A stretch of DNA of 45,932 bases from Minisyncoccota bacterium (GTDB lineage Bacteria > Patescibacteriota > Minisyncoccia > Phycocordibacterales > UBA12088), in assembly GCA_041908795.1 (NCBI GenBank), contig JAYRER010000023.1, positions 1 through 45,932 on the forward strand, given 5' to 3'. The notes below the pieces were generated by a model. It had not been told where the DNA came from and searched no databases. It saw only the letters and a program-made list of their open reading frames with translations. Positions within the stretch are counted from its first letter, which is position 1. Each line of letters begins with the position of its first letter. Position numbers and translations under genes: made by a program. This document shows positions 1-8,798 of this stretch, one piece after another.

Positions 1-88
1 AACCAAACATGCGAGCCTAGGAAAGTTCCGCATACTAGTCGGAAATGATATGTGTTGATTCGACCGGCCACTTCACACGATCTTTGTA

Positions 89-718
89 TTACTCTCGAGT
101 ATCAATAAAGGTAATGATGGGCTGAATGATATCGACAAACGCGAAGCCTTTATGGCGCATCGCCGCCTGCATGATTTCCTTCGTCTTCACGATATCGCTC
201 GCAAACGTACGAGCCACGAATGTCGCACCGAGTGAGAGCATCACCACGGCGGGGTTTATGGGCTCATCGTATGAGCCGTATGGGGTAGTACCTCCCTTGA
301 AACCCTTAGGGCTTGTTGCGGTCGCCTGACCCGTAGTGAGGGCAAAGAGCTGGTTGTTGTGCAAAAAAATGGAAATATCAGTGTTGCGTATTGCCGCGTG
401 TGCAAGGTGGTTAAACCCTTCCGAGAGTGAGTCACCATCCCCTGTGAATGTCACTACAGTGAGCGCGGGGTTTGCCAGCTTCACCCCAGTCATCACGGGA
501 ATAATACGACCATGGAGCCCGTTCACGGTGTTAACCTCGAGGTAGTCGCTTATTTTTCCATGGCACCCCACGCCCGCACCCGCGACCATATTGTGGAGTG
601 CCATCTCACCTTGCTCCACCATCTCGGTCACCGCTTGGCGAAATGAAACCAAGATTTGGCTGTTGGGACACCCGGGACACCAAGTCACTTTTATATCGGT
701 TGCAAGGTTGGGCGCCAT
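89..718 (-). CDS. 2-oxoacid:ferredoxin oxidoreductase, beta (thiamine-PP binding) subunit
   Basis: 209-aa ORF. It has WCPGCPN near the N-terminus and a GDGD...N TPP-binding signature (TFTGDGDSLSEGFNH), as in OFOR beta subunits. It starts 5 nt downstream of the alpha-subunit ORF. Confidence 0.85.
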   Translation of the reverse strand: MAPNLATDIKVTWCPGCPNSQILVSFRQAVTEMVEQGEMALHNMVAGAGVGCHGKISDYLEVNTVNGLHGRIIPVMTGVKLANPALTVVTFTGDGDSLSEGFNHLAHAAIRNTDISIFLHNNQLFALTTGQATATSPKGFKGGTTPYGSYDEPINPAVVMLSLGATFVARTFASDIVKTKEIMQAAMRHKGFAFVDIIQPIITFIDTRE

Positions 719-723
719 GTTCT

Positions 724-2520
724 TTATAGTAAGCGGGTAATTTCCTCCGCAAGCTCGGTCGGTGTAAACGGCTGCGCATCGTACTTCAACACCTTCTTCG
801 TAATTTCAATGGATGTTTTCTCGCGAATGAGCGCGGCGAGCTGTGCGGTGTGGTTCGCTTCAACATCAATAAGTACACGCGCACCGGCAAGTTCCGCCTT
901 CACCCTATCGGCGTCAAACGGCTCGAGCCAGAGAACCTGCACCACCTTCACAGGAGTCGCCACCTGCTTCACGGCCTCAAGGAGCGCACCCTTGGTGGAA
1001 CCCCAACACACTACCACCACGTCGCTCCCAAGATCGCCATACACCTTTACCGTGGGGAAGAACGTAAATTCACGGTACAAGCCGTCGAGCTTGCGGAACC
1101 GTTTGTCCTGCATCGCCTGTACTTCGCTCGCAATCTCCGTCGCCTCACCTTCCTCGTTATGCTCGTAGCTCGTCGCCTTCACCACGGTGTCCTCGGTACC
1201 CGGGAACGCAATAGGCGAAATACCGTCCTCGGTTATGGCGTAACGATTATATGACTTCCCTGTGACCTCAGCGCGTTTTCCGAGATCGGCACCAAAGCGA
1301 GACTCATCGAGGGTGAGTGAGGCGTACGATTCGGAGAGATGCTTATCGGCGAGGAGTATCGTGGGAATCTGGTACTTCCATGCGAGATTAAACACGTCCG
1401 CCGCGCAGGTGAAGCACTCCTCGATGTCGCCCGGTGCTACCACGAGCCGCGGGAACTCACCGTGCCCCGCGTGAATAATGAAGCGTAAATCCCCTTGGCT
1501 CGTGTGCGTCGCCACGCCCGTCGCCGGCCCCATACGCATGGTGATGAGCATGGGGAGCGGAAGCTCGGCGACGCCGGCAAAAGAGAACGTCTCCTGCATG
1601 AGGGCGAACCCTCCGTTTGCGGTGCCAAGAGCGGTGCGCTTCCCCGCATAGACGGCTCCAAGTGCCATGTTCATGACGGAAATCTCATCTTCAGGGTGTA
1701 CCACGATGACACCGCGATCCTTCCCAGCCCGCGCAAGAAATTGGAGTGCAGAAGTCGAGGGTGTCATGGGGTAGCCCACGTACATTTCAAGACCCGCCGC
1801 GAGGAAGCCCTTCATGGCCGCCTTGTTGCCGTCAAAAATTTCCCCACTGTCACGTGCCGTGGCGGGAATACAGCACGTAATTTGCGTGTACTGCGCTTCT
1901 TTGAGGAAGTCGTACCCCCGCTCAATGAGTGCACGGTTAAGGTCCGCGCCCACCTGTGCGAAGACCTTGTTGGTGAGCGTCCGCACGCGCTCAAGCGGAA
2001 GACCGAGTGTGTAGGCAAACGCACCGAATGCAACCGAGCTTCGGGCGACGAGCGGGGCCTTGAGCTCCTCGGTAATCGCCTTCATCGGTATGGCAATGAG
2101 GGGCACCCCCACATCCTTGAGCGCATCCGCGTGCGTGCTCTCCACAAAAACGAATGCGCCGGGTTTGAGCTCACTCTGGTGCACGCGCACACTCTCCGCA
2201 TTCACCGCAACGAGCACGTCGAGCTCTCGATAGTCGGCACGCACCTCCTCGGTATGAAAACTGATGCGCGAAAAGTTATGCCCGCCCCGAATGAGCGAGG
2301 GGTAATCGAACGAAGAGAAGGTGTGGTACCCGAGCTCCGTTAAAAACTCGCTCCAGTTCACCCCCGCCTCGCGGATGCCGTCACCTGCGGCACCACCTAT
2401 CGCAATGGTGCGCACCCCAGCACTCCAACCGGTTTCCCCTGTCATTGCTTCCAGTATACCTGTGGTACGTGCACCGCCCCAAGCGAGATGTCCACGAAAC
2501 ACAGGAGGGTGCCGAAGCAC
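724..2520 (-). CDS. 2-oxoacid:ferredoxin oxidoreductase, fused gamma-alpha subunit
   Basis: 598-aa ORF. An N-terminal gamma-like domain (IGGAAGDGI) is followed by an alpha domain with the YPMTPST motif. The ATG at 2445 (MTGETGW...) is a more plausible start than 2520. Confidence 0.85.
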   Translation of the reverse strand: MLRHPPVFRGHLAWGGARTTGILEAMTGETGWSAGVRTIAIGGAAGDGIREAGVNWSEFLTELGYHTFSSFDYPSLIRGGHNFSRISFHTEEVRADYRELDVLVAVNAESVRVHQSELKPGAFVFVESTHADALKDVGVPLIAIPMKAITEELKAPLVARSSVAFGAFAYTLGLPLERVRTLTNKVFAQVGADLNRALIERGYDFLKEAQYTQITCCIPATARDSGEIFDGNKAAMKGFLAAGLEMYVGYPMTPSTSALQFLARAGKDRGVIVVHPEDEISVMNMALGAVYAGKRTALGTANGGFALMQETFSFAGVAELPLPMLITMRMGPATGVATHTSQGDLRFIIHAGHGEFPRLVVAPGDIEECFTCAADVFNLAWKYQIPTILLADKHLSESYASLTLDESRFGADLGKRAEVTGKSYNRYAITEDGISPIAFPGTEDTVVKATSYEHNEEGEATEIASEVQAMQDKRFRKLDGLYREFTFFPTVKVYGDLGSDVVVVCWGSTKGALLEAVKQVATPVKVVQVLWLEPFDADRVKAELAGARVLIDVEANHTAQLAALIREKTSIEITKKVLKYDAQPFTPTELAEEITRLL

Positions 2521-2536
2521 CCTCTTAGTTTTTCTC

Positions 2537-3073
2537 CTAGTGAATTAAGACATTGTCATCTTTTGCATGGTCGCCACCACTTTCTCCGGGCAGTACGAAG
2601 TCGTCGTTATCGCCACTTGTTGCCACAATCAAGTCGACATCTTGAGTGGCCACAAGCAGATACCCAGAGATATCAACCATAAGAAAGTGAACCCGAGCAA
2701 GCCACTGTTTTCTGAACCACGATTCGGCGATATCGAATGAGCGCGTGAGTGAGTAGCGTGCTCCAACCTCTGACTCAAGCCTAGTGAGACGCCAACTACT
2801 CTCTCGAAAAAAATCATCGATGGCACTTATCACGCGAGCATCAACGCATTGGATGCCAAGATTGATATCAACTGCGACAAATCGCGCTCCTTTCACTACG
2901 ATTGACTCGAGACAAATGAAGTGCGTCGGACCATCGTCTTCCACATCCACTACCACAACAAGGTGTGTCGTGCTCTGCTCTTTCACCACTTCAGGTGCGT
3001 AACCGAGCATACTAAGAATTTTAGAAATTCTTAAAATCGTACGAAGTCGAGCGTCTCGTTGGGCTCGTGTCAT
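2537..3073 (-). CDS. hypothetical protein
   Basis: 178-aa ORF with a GGGAGT motif 5 nt upstream of the ATG. No family motif recognised. Confidence 0.5.
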   Translation of the reverse strand: MTRAQRDARLRTILRISKILSMLGYAPEVVKEQSTTHLVVVVDVEDDGPTHFICLESIVVKGARFVAVDINLGIQCVDARVISAIDDFFRESSWRLTRLESEVGARYSLTRSFDIAESWFRKQWLARVHFLMVDISGYLLVATQDVDLIVATSGDNDDFVLPGESGGDHAKDDNVLIH

Positions 3074-3208
3074 ACCACACTCCCAGTCTTTTCACTATTC
3101 CTTCATCAATCGTACAATGCGCACTTTTTTTGTCAAACATCCCTTAGTTGTATAGTTGGGGTGACTTTTCCCCTCGCTTTTTTTGCACGCATCCCGTACC
3201 ATGTACGC

Positions 3209-3724
3209 ATGGACACCTCGCACGAGAAGATAAAAATCGGCTGGTTCGTGTTCTCATGCAGTGAGGACAATACCATTATGTTCACCGAGCTCATGAACGA
3301 CCACTGGCAGGAGTGGAAACAGCTCTTCGACTTTCGCCACGTGAAGGTACTCAAAAAAAACAACATCTACGATGCGTTCGACATTGCGTTTATTGAGGGC
3401 GCCATTGCAAGCCCCGCACATGAGGAGAAGCTCAAAGACATCCGCAGTCGCTCAAAGAAGCTCGTTGCGGTCGGCGCTTGTGCGGTCACAGGCCTGCCCG
3501 CGAGCCAGCGCAACACCTTCACCGATGCGCAAAAAGAGGCGATTCAGTTTCTTGTAGATCGCTTCGGAGCGCTCCCCACCGTGAAGAAGGTGGCTGATGT
3601 AGTCGCTGTGGACGCGTCGGTGCCGGGCTGTCCCATGAACACTGACCTTTTCTTGAAGGCGGTGAACGGGCTGGTGCTAGAGCTAAGACCTCAATTGACA
3701 CAACCGGAGGGAATTGGTTCTTAA
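3209..3724 (+). CDS. [NiFe] hydrogenase small subunit (group 3, HoxY/delta-like, proximal-cluster domain only)
   Basis: ATG at 3209 within ORF 3059-3724. It shows the NADH-ubiquinone 20-kDa/hydrogenase small-subunit pattern FSCSED...VGACAVTG...VPGCP and lies directly upstream of the large subunit. Confidence 0.8.
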   Translation: MDTSHEKIKIGWFVFSCSEDNTIMFTELMNDHWQEWKQLFDFRHVKVLKKNNIYDAFDIAFIEGAIASPAHEEKLKDIRSRSKKLVAVGACAVTGLPASQRNTFTDAQKEAIQFLVDRFGALPTVKKVADVVAVDASVPGCPMNTDLFLKAVNGLVLELRPQLTQPEGIGS

Positions 3725-3726
3725 TG

Positions 3727-3840
3727 CAAAGAGCAAATATCAAAATGCAAATCGACAGTGTAAAAATGAAAAAATTACGACGTGGATATCTTTGCATTTT
3801 GCCTTGTCACTTTGCATTTTGATTTTTAATTATTGAATTC
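3727..3840. repeat. AT-rich palindromic element (AAAATGC-type arms) between the hydrogenase subunit genes
   Basis: ATCAAAATGCAAA (3739-3751) is the exact reverse complement of TTTGCATTTTGAT (3811-3823). A second TTTGCATTTTG lies at 3791-3801. The same motif family occurs in the rRNA insertions. Confidence 0.7.
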
Positions 3841-3845
3841 CTACC

Positions 3846-5141
3846 ATGCACTCATTCGACCTTGATCTCGAGCACATCACCAAGATAGAGGGTGACGCAT
3901 CCATCTTCATCAAGGTGGAAGAGGGGAAAGTGACCGACGTGCGCTTCAAGACCGAAGAGTACAAGCGTTTCTTCACCGAGGCTCTGAAGGGCAAGAGTAT
4001 CATGGCGGTGCCCTCCCACCTCTCACGCATCTGTGGCACCTGTAGTAATGCCCACATCATGGCGGCCATCGAGGCGTGCGAGCATGCGCTCGACATCACC
4101 CCGAGTGCGCAAACCGACATGCTCCGGGCACTCACCATGCACGGGCTCATCATCCGCGACCACGCGCTCCACCTCTACCTTTTTGCGCTCCCCGACATCT
4201 ACGATAAAGACGCGTTCCTCGACTTTGATGAGAACGACCCCCACCAGCACCAGCTCCTCCATGACGGCTTCGACATCAAGCGCGCGGGAAATTTCCTCGC
4301 AACCCTGGTCGCAGGCCGCTCCGTACATGCGATGTACCCTACGATAGGCGGCTTTATAAAGTTTCCCGACGAAGCGGGCATCAAGGAGGCGGTCGAGAAG
4401 CTTAAAGCGGCACGTGAACCCGCGCTCCGCATCGTCGAGGAGTTCCGCAAGGCGCCTTTTCATTTCGACCGCAAGACCAACTTCATGGGGCTGGTGCCCG
4501 ACGGCTCGTTCGGCTACATCAAGGGCAAGATCATGACCAGTAACGGTATTCAGTATGAGGAGGCGGACTACCGCTCGCTCCTCGAGCACGTCGTCCTCCC
4601 CTACTCGCAAGCGTCCGCGTATAAGTCGAGTGGCGAAAGCTACATGGTGGGAGCCCTTGCGCGTGTGAATGTCGCAAAGGACAAGCTCCACCCAAACACC
4701 AAGGCGTCACTTCCCGATGCACTCTCACTCTTCCCCTCGACCGACATCTTCCACAACAACCTTGCACAGGCGATTGAAATAGTGCACTCCATAGATGAGT
4801 CAATCGATCTCCTCGAGCAGAACCGCTTTGCCCCTGAGCCCATCAAAAAGGTCCCCTACCGCGAGGCGGTGGGGGTGGGCGTCGTGGATGCTCCACGCGG
4901 CCTCCTCTACCACAGGGTACACATCAACGACCAAGGCGTGGTGCAAGACGGCGAGGTCATTGTGCCGACCGGCCAAAACCAAATAAATATCGAGGAGGAT
5001 GCGGGCCGCCTCGTACAGGGACTTCTTGACGCGGGCACCACCAACCAGGCGGTTATCACCTTCGAGCTCGAGAAGCTCATTCGCGCGTACGACCCCTGCA
5101 TGAGCTGTGCGGCTCACTTCCTCAAGGTGCACTGGGAGTAG
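3846..5141 (+). CDS. [NiFe] hydrogenase large subunit (group 3-like)
   Basis: 431 aa. The N-terminal RICGTCSNAH and C-terminal DPCMSCAAH Ni-Fe ligand motifs are both present. Confidence 0.95.
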   Translation: MHSFDLDLEHITKIEGDASIFIKVEEGKVTDVRFKTEEYKRFFTEALKGKSIMAVPSHLSRICGTCSNAHIMAAIEACEHALDITPSAQTDMLRALTMHGLIIRDHALHLYLFALPDIYDKDAFLDFDENDPHQHQLLHDGFDIKRAGNFLATLVAGRSVHAMYPTIGGFIKFPDEAGIKEAVEKLKAAREPALRIVEEFRKAPFHFDRKTNFMGLVPDGSFGYIKGKIMTSNGIQYEEADYRSLLEHVVLPYSQASAYKSSGESYMVGALARVNVAKDKLHPNTKASLPDALSLFPSTDIFHNNLAQAIEIVHSIDESIDLLEQNRFAPEPIKKVPYREAVGVGVVDAPRGLLYHRVHINDQGVVQDGEVIVPTGQNQINIEEDAGRLVQGLLDAGTTNQAVITFELEKLIRAYDPCMSCAAHFLKVHWE

Positions 5142-5226
5142 TAGCGACTACGCCTTCAGCCACACTCCCTCGTTCTCCCCTACCCGTTCGACACTTCTCC
5201 TGCGGTTTCTCTATGTGTGGATACTG

Positions 5227-5268
5227 GAATTCTAGAATTTGCACTACATAAATTCTAGAATTCTTTTT
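5227..5268 (+). terminator. candidate intrinsic terminator after the hydrogenase large subunit
   Basis: Perfect 14-bp inverted repeat GAATTCTAGAATTT (5227-5240) / AAATTCTAGAATTC (5250-5263) followed by TTTTT. The stem is AT-rich and overlaps the stop codon of the convergent protease gene. Confidence 0.45.
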
Positions 5269-5659
5269 CACCTCTTGGATTTTTTGTTACGAGAGTATCC
5301 AGCATTTCGATAAGCCAGGTACGCGCATCCTCTTTTGTGCAGGTTGCGGGAACGCCAAAAATCGTCACCCCCTTCACTTGCCCCACCTTCTTGAGCAACA
5401 CGAGGTTCGCATACGCATCAAAATCATGGCACGTGATGCGTGGTGCCGCCATGAAGGTTGAGAGGTCGTTGAATACGGTACATTTTTCAATGCCCACCAC
5501 CGTATCAATGATGATCATGTGATCGGGCACGTCCCAGTCTTCATTGGGGTCGAGTTGTATGAAATCGATGTCGGGAAACCGCTTCTGAAGCTCGGGCACG
5601 AGGAGTATCGGCAGTGCATCCATTGCCACATCTTCATTGCCAAAAACAAATACTTCCAT
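5255..5659 (-). CDS. hydrogenase maturation endopeptidase (HycI/HoxW-like)
   Basis: 134 aa. The N-terminal VFVFGNEDVAMDA resembles the GNxxxxDDxxG motif of hydrogenase maturation proteases. It is convergent with the hydrogenase genes. Confidence 0.7.
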   Translation of the reverse strand: MEVFVFGNEDVAMDALPILLVPELQKRFPDIDFIQLDPNEDWDVPDHMIIIDTVVGIEKCTVFNDLSTFMAAPRITCHDFDAYANLVLLKKVGQVKGVTIFGVPATCTKEDARTWLIEMLDTLVTKNPRGEKEF

Positions 5660-5739
5660 GGAGACAGTTTCCCACGTGTAGGAAAAAAAGAAAGCCGGTT
5701 GACCACGTCACTCCGGCTTTCAAATTCCGTGCCTTGTTG

Positions 5740-6228
5740 TTAGACCACCTCGCAGATACATCCTGCGTGGACGTAGACCGTATCACCCACAGCAACACCA
5801 AGGCGGTGGATATTGAATACGTCTTCGGCACACAGGGTTCCATTCCTTTTGTAACCGACCGAAACTTTCACATCGTGAGAGAGAGCACGCACCGTCGCCA
5901 AGTACACGGGCGTGCGCCTATCACGCTCGTTGTGATACTTTTGCCAGTAGCTTTTCATGCCTTCCGCGCTCTCTGGGAGGTCATGCTCCTTCAATGCTCG
6001 AAACGGCTTGGGAAACCACTGTTTGATTTGCTCCGCAGTCGGCATAGTGCCGCGTTTAGCGAGTTCCATCGCAAGATGTACATCGGCTTCGGTCATGCTT
6101 GACATGCCATGTAGTTGATTGCCGATACATCCTGCGGCATAGCGCCAAACGACAGCGTGGATGGTTAGGTGAACGTCATTGTGTGCCTGGGTAGTAGAAA
6201 CATCTGACAAGGCTGTTTCATTGAACAT
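5740..6228 (-). CDS. hypothetical protein with HypC/HupF-like C-terminal motif
   Basis: 162 aa. The C-terminus VGDTVYVHAGCICEVV resembles the VGQWVLVHVGFA motif of HypC. Confidence 0.55.
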   Translation of the reverse strand: MFNETALSDVSTTQAHNDVHLTIHAVVWRYAAGCIGNQLHGMSSMTEADVHLAMELAKRGTMPTAEQIKQWFPKPFRALKEHDLPESAEGMKSYWQKYHNERDRRTPVYLATVRALSHDVKVSVGYKRNGTLCAEDVFNIHRLGVAVGDTVYVHAGCICEVV

Positions 6229-6258
6229 TGCTGTATACTCCTTTCTGCAAGAACCATA

Positions 6259-7092
6259 TCACAACAACCTATGTACTGCATTCGCAATTCGTAACGCGCT
6301 TTCGGTATACCGCCTAAGGCGCTTTACAGTGGAACTATGAACCACCTCACACGGTACATCCCAGTGCATCGTAATCCACTGCCCCACCGTGAGCATCTCG
6401 ATATCGTAGTCCGCTTCGAGCCGTCGCAGAACCGTTTTTTCTGTCGGTTCTCCCAGAGCGAGGGCTCCCTCAACAACGACAAGCGGTTCAAACAAGACCG
6501 TGATTTTTGGCCCGTCAACCGCCCTCACTCGTCCCCAGCTGATGCGACAGCTGTCCATAAACTCCACGCTCGCCTCGACCTCCTGGTGGCCCATTTTCTT
6601 GGGCACGTTGAGGACGTGGTAGGTGTGACTAGGTAACATCCCCGCTCCCACTCTCCCCTCGAGGATTCGCCACTTCGGGAGCGTCAACCGGTCCTTGAGG
6701 CGCAAATCATCCGCAAGGTACGTATGGAGCTCACCGCGATCCACCGCATCGAGAAGCTCATTCCCCAGCCAGTACGCCTCGACCACACGCGGGTCAAACG
6801 GGTCTTCAATGTGGTTACTCCGTGCAATGCGTTTCAGGTACGGATAGAGTACCTCGAAGCCGGTGAGGAGCTTCTGGAGCCCGAAGTCGGTAAAGCCCGC
6901 ATTCACGTAGTCCCATATCTCTCGGTTTGCATCGGGGCCGCAAAAATGAAGCCGGTTTGGCCCGAACGCATAACGAGAGCACCGCAGTACGCCGTCCATG
7001 GTATGTAGTGTAGCATTCCGATTACCGTGTCTCGAATAGCCTTGTGCAGTGGTACAGCGTCCTTCGCGAAACACGATCCATGTGTGGAACAT
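6259..7092 (-). CDS. hypothetical protein with C-terminal HypC-like domain
   Basis: 277 aa. Residues ~182-251 (CRISWGRVRAVDG ... VGQWITMHWDVPCEVV) parallel E. coli HypC (MCIGVPGQIRTIDG ... VGQWVLVHVGFA). The true start may be an internal Met. Confidence 0.6.
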   Translation of the reverse strand: MFHTWIVFREGRCTTAQGYSRHGNRNATLHTMDGVLRCSRYAFGPNRLHFCGPDANREIWDYVNAGFTDFGLQKLLTGFEVLYPYLKRIARSNHIEDPFDPRVVEAYWLGNELLDAVDRGELHTYLADDLRLKDRLTLPKWRILEGRVGAGMLPSHTYHVLNVPKKMGHQEVEASVEFMDSCRISWGRVRAVDGPKITVLFEPLVVVEGALALGEPTEKTVLRRLEADYDIEMLTVGQWITMHWDVPCEVVHSSTVKRLRRYTESALRIANAVHRLL

Positions 7093-7137
7093 AAGGTCAG
7101 CTGATCACAGGGCACGGCAATTACGCCTTGTGAAAGC

Positions 7138-8652
7138 ATGTGTTCTGCGGTACTCTCGACAGCTATGCCAGCAAATGACGGACTTATCACTTTCTCTGCG
7201 ATCTCTTACGAGCATGAGCCGTTAAAGCCGCTCCTGACGCAAGCGAGTTTCTCCGTACGTCGTGGAGCAAAGCTCACACTTATGGGCCAGAATGGCGCCG
7301 GGAAGAGCACCCTGTTCGGACTCATCACCGGAGCACACAAACCTGAGAGTGGAGCGGTGCACATTGCACCACGCACCACGATCGCCCATGCGCGCCAGGT
7401 GATACCCAGAGACGAGCTCACACTCACGGTGAGAGAGTTTTTCTCCAGATGCTTCACTATTCCAGTGTATGACATTGACCCGCGCATTGATGCCGTGCTG
7501 GATGTGGTACACCTTGCACCCACACAGAAAGCACAGAAAGAGAGCATGAGAGACCGCACAATTGGCTCATTCTCAGGTGGCCAACAGGCGCGCCTCCTCC
7601 TTGCCTCGGCACTTATACAGGATGCGGATATTCTCCTCCTTGATGAGCCAACCAACAACCTCGACAAAGAGGGGATTGCACACCTTACCGAATACCTGAA
7701 GCAGTACCGAAAAACAGTACTCGTGATTTCACATGATGCAGACTTTTTAAATGCGTTCACCCACGGGGTGCTCTACCTCAACGTGCAGACCAAAGCCGTG
7801 GAGCGGTATGACGGTACCTACCACGACGTGGTCGCTGAGATAGCTGCACGCGTCGAAAAAGAAAAACGCAAGAATGCACAAATGGAAAAGGAGATGCGTG
7901 CGAAGAAGGAGAAGGCCAACTACTTTGCGCACAAGGGCGGCAACTTGCGCGCCGTCGCAAAGCGCATGCGAGAGAAGGCAGAGGAGTATGAAGAGAGCAA
8001 AGTGGAGGTGCGACGCGACGACAAGACGATTCGGCCATTCACCATTCCTACACAGGAGCACCTCCCCCTTGAGGTACTCAAGCTCACCTCCTACAAGGTG
8101 GTACACGACCACACACCAAAGACGGTACGTTGTGACCTTACTCTGCGCCGAGGCAAGCACCTGCACATTGTTGGAAAGAATGGAGTAGGAAAGACCACAC
8201 TCCTCGAATCACTTGCCTCGGGACACGCACGAGGTGAACATGTGACCGATGGAGTAAAGATTGGCTACTACCGACAAGACTTTTCAAACCTGAACTTTGA
8301 CCAGACTGTACTTGAGCTCCTTATGGAGGCGGCGGAGCGTAGGAGCGAAGAAGAAATACGCGGTCTCGCGGCAGGCTTTCTCCTTACGGGCGACATCGTC
8401 TTTAAGAAAGTAAAGTACCTCTCAGAAGGACAGAAGGGACTCCTTGCCTTTGCGCGCCTCGTCCTAGTGTGCCCGGGTCTCCTCATTCTCGATGAGCCCA
8501 CCAACCACATCAACTTTAGGCATATCCCCACGATAGCGCGAGCCCTGCACGAGTATTCCGGAGCACTCATTCTCGTCTCCCACGTACCAGAGTTTGTCGC
8601 TCAGGTGCGCATAGACGAGACGCTTGATCTTTCAAAATCTGTAGGTAGATAA
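7138..8652 (+). CDS. ABC-F family ATPase (two ABC domains, no TM domain)
   Basis: 504 aa. It has two Walker A motifs (GQNGAGKST, GKNGVGKTT), two signature motifs (FSGGQQ, LSEGQK) and a charged linker. Confidence 0.9.
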   Translation: MCSAVLSTAMPANDGLITFSAISYEHEPLKPLLTQASFSVRRGAKLTLMGQNGAGKSTLFGLITGAHKPESGAVHIAPRTTIAHARQVIPRDELTLTVREFFSRCFTIPVYDIDPRIDAVLDVVHLAPTQKAQKESMRDRTIGSFSGGQQARLLLASALIQDADILLLDEPTNNLDKEGIAHLTEYLKQYRKTVLVISHDADFLNAFTHGVLYLNVQTKAVERYDGTYHDVVAEIAARVEKEKRKNAQMEKEMRAKKEKANYFAHKGGNLRAVAKRMREKAEEYEESKVEVRRDDKTIRPFTIPTQEHLPLEVLKLTSYKVVHDHTPKTVRCDLTLRRGKHLHIVGKNGVGKTTLLESLASGHARGEHVTDGVKIGYYRQDFSNLNFDQTVLELLMEAAERRSEEEIRGLAAGFLLTGDIVFKKVKYLSEGQKGLLAFARLVLVCPGLLILDEPTNHINFRHIPTIARALHEYSGALILVSHVPEFVAQVRIDETLDLSKSVGR

Positions 8653-8798
8653 GAGCTTCAACGCGTGCTGATAAAAACTCGCCTCATTGGTAGTGAAAAA
8701 ATGTCTACACACGCTTATTGACAGTAGCACACCATCGCAAGGCGCATCTACGACATCACCATCGCGCACCACGCCATGCGTACTGGTATACTGCAGGC

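Noticed and set aside
1495-2343. 282-aa plus-strand ORF (and other plus-strand ORFs at 656-2548) overlapping the OFOR alpha gene
   Set aside because: They lie entirely antisense to a well-conserved CDS. The translations are Arg/His-rich low-complexity sequence with no motif. These are typical shadow ORFs.
4023-4691. 222-aa minus-strand ORF inside the hydrogenase large-subunit gene
   Set aside because: It is an antisense shadow ORF of a CDS that has unambiguous Ni-Fe ligand motifs. It has no motif of its own.
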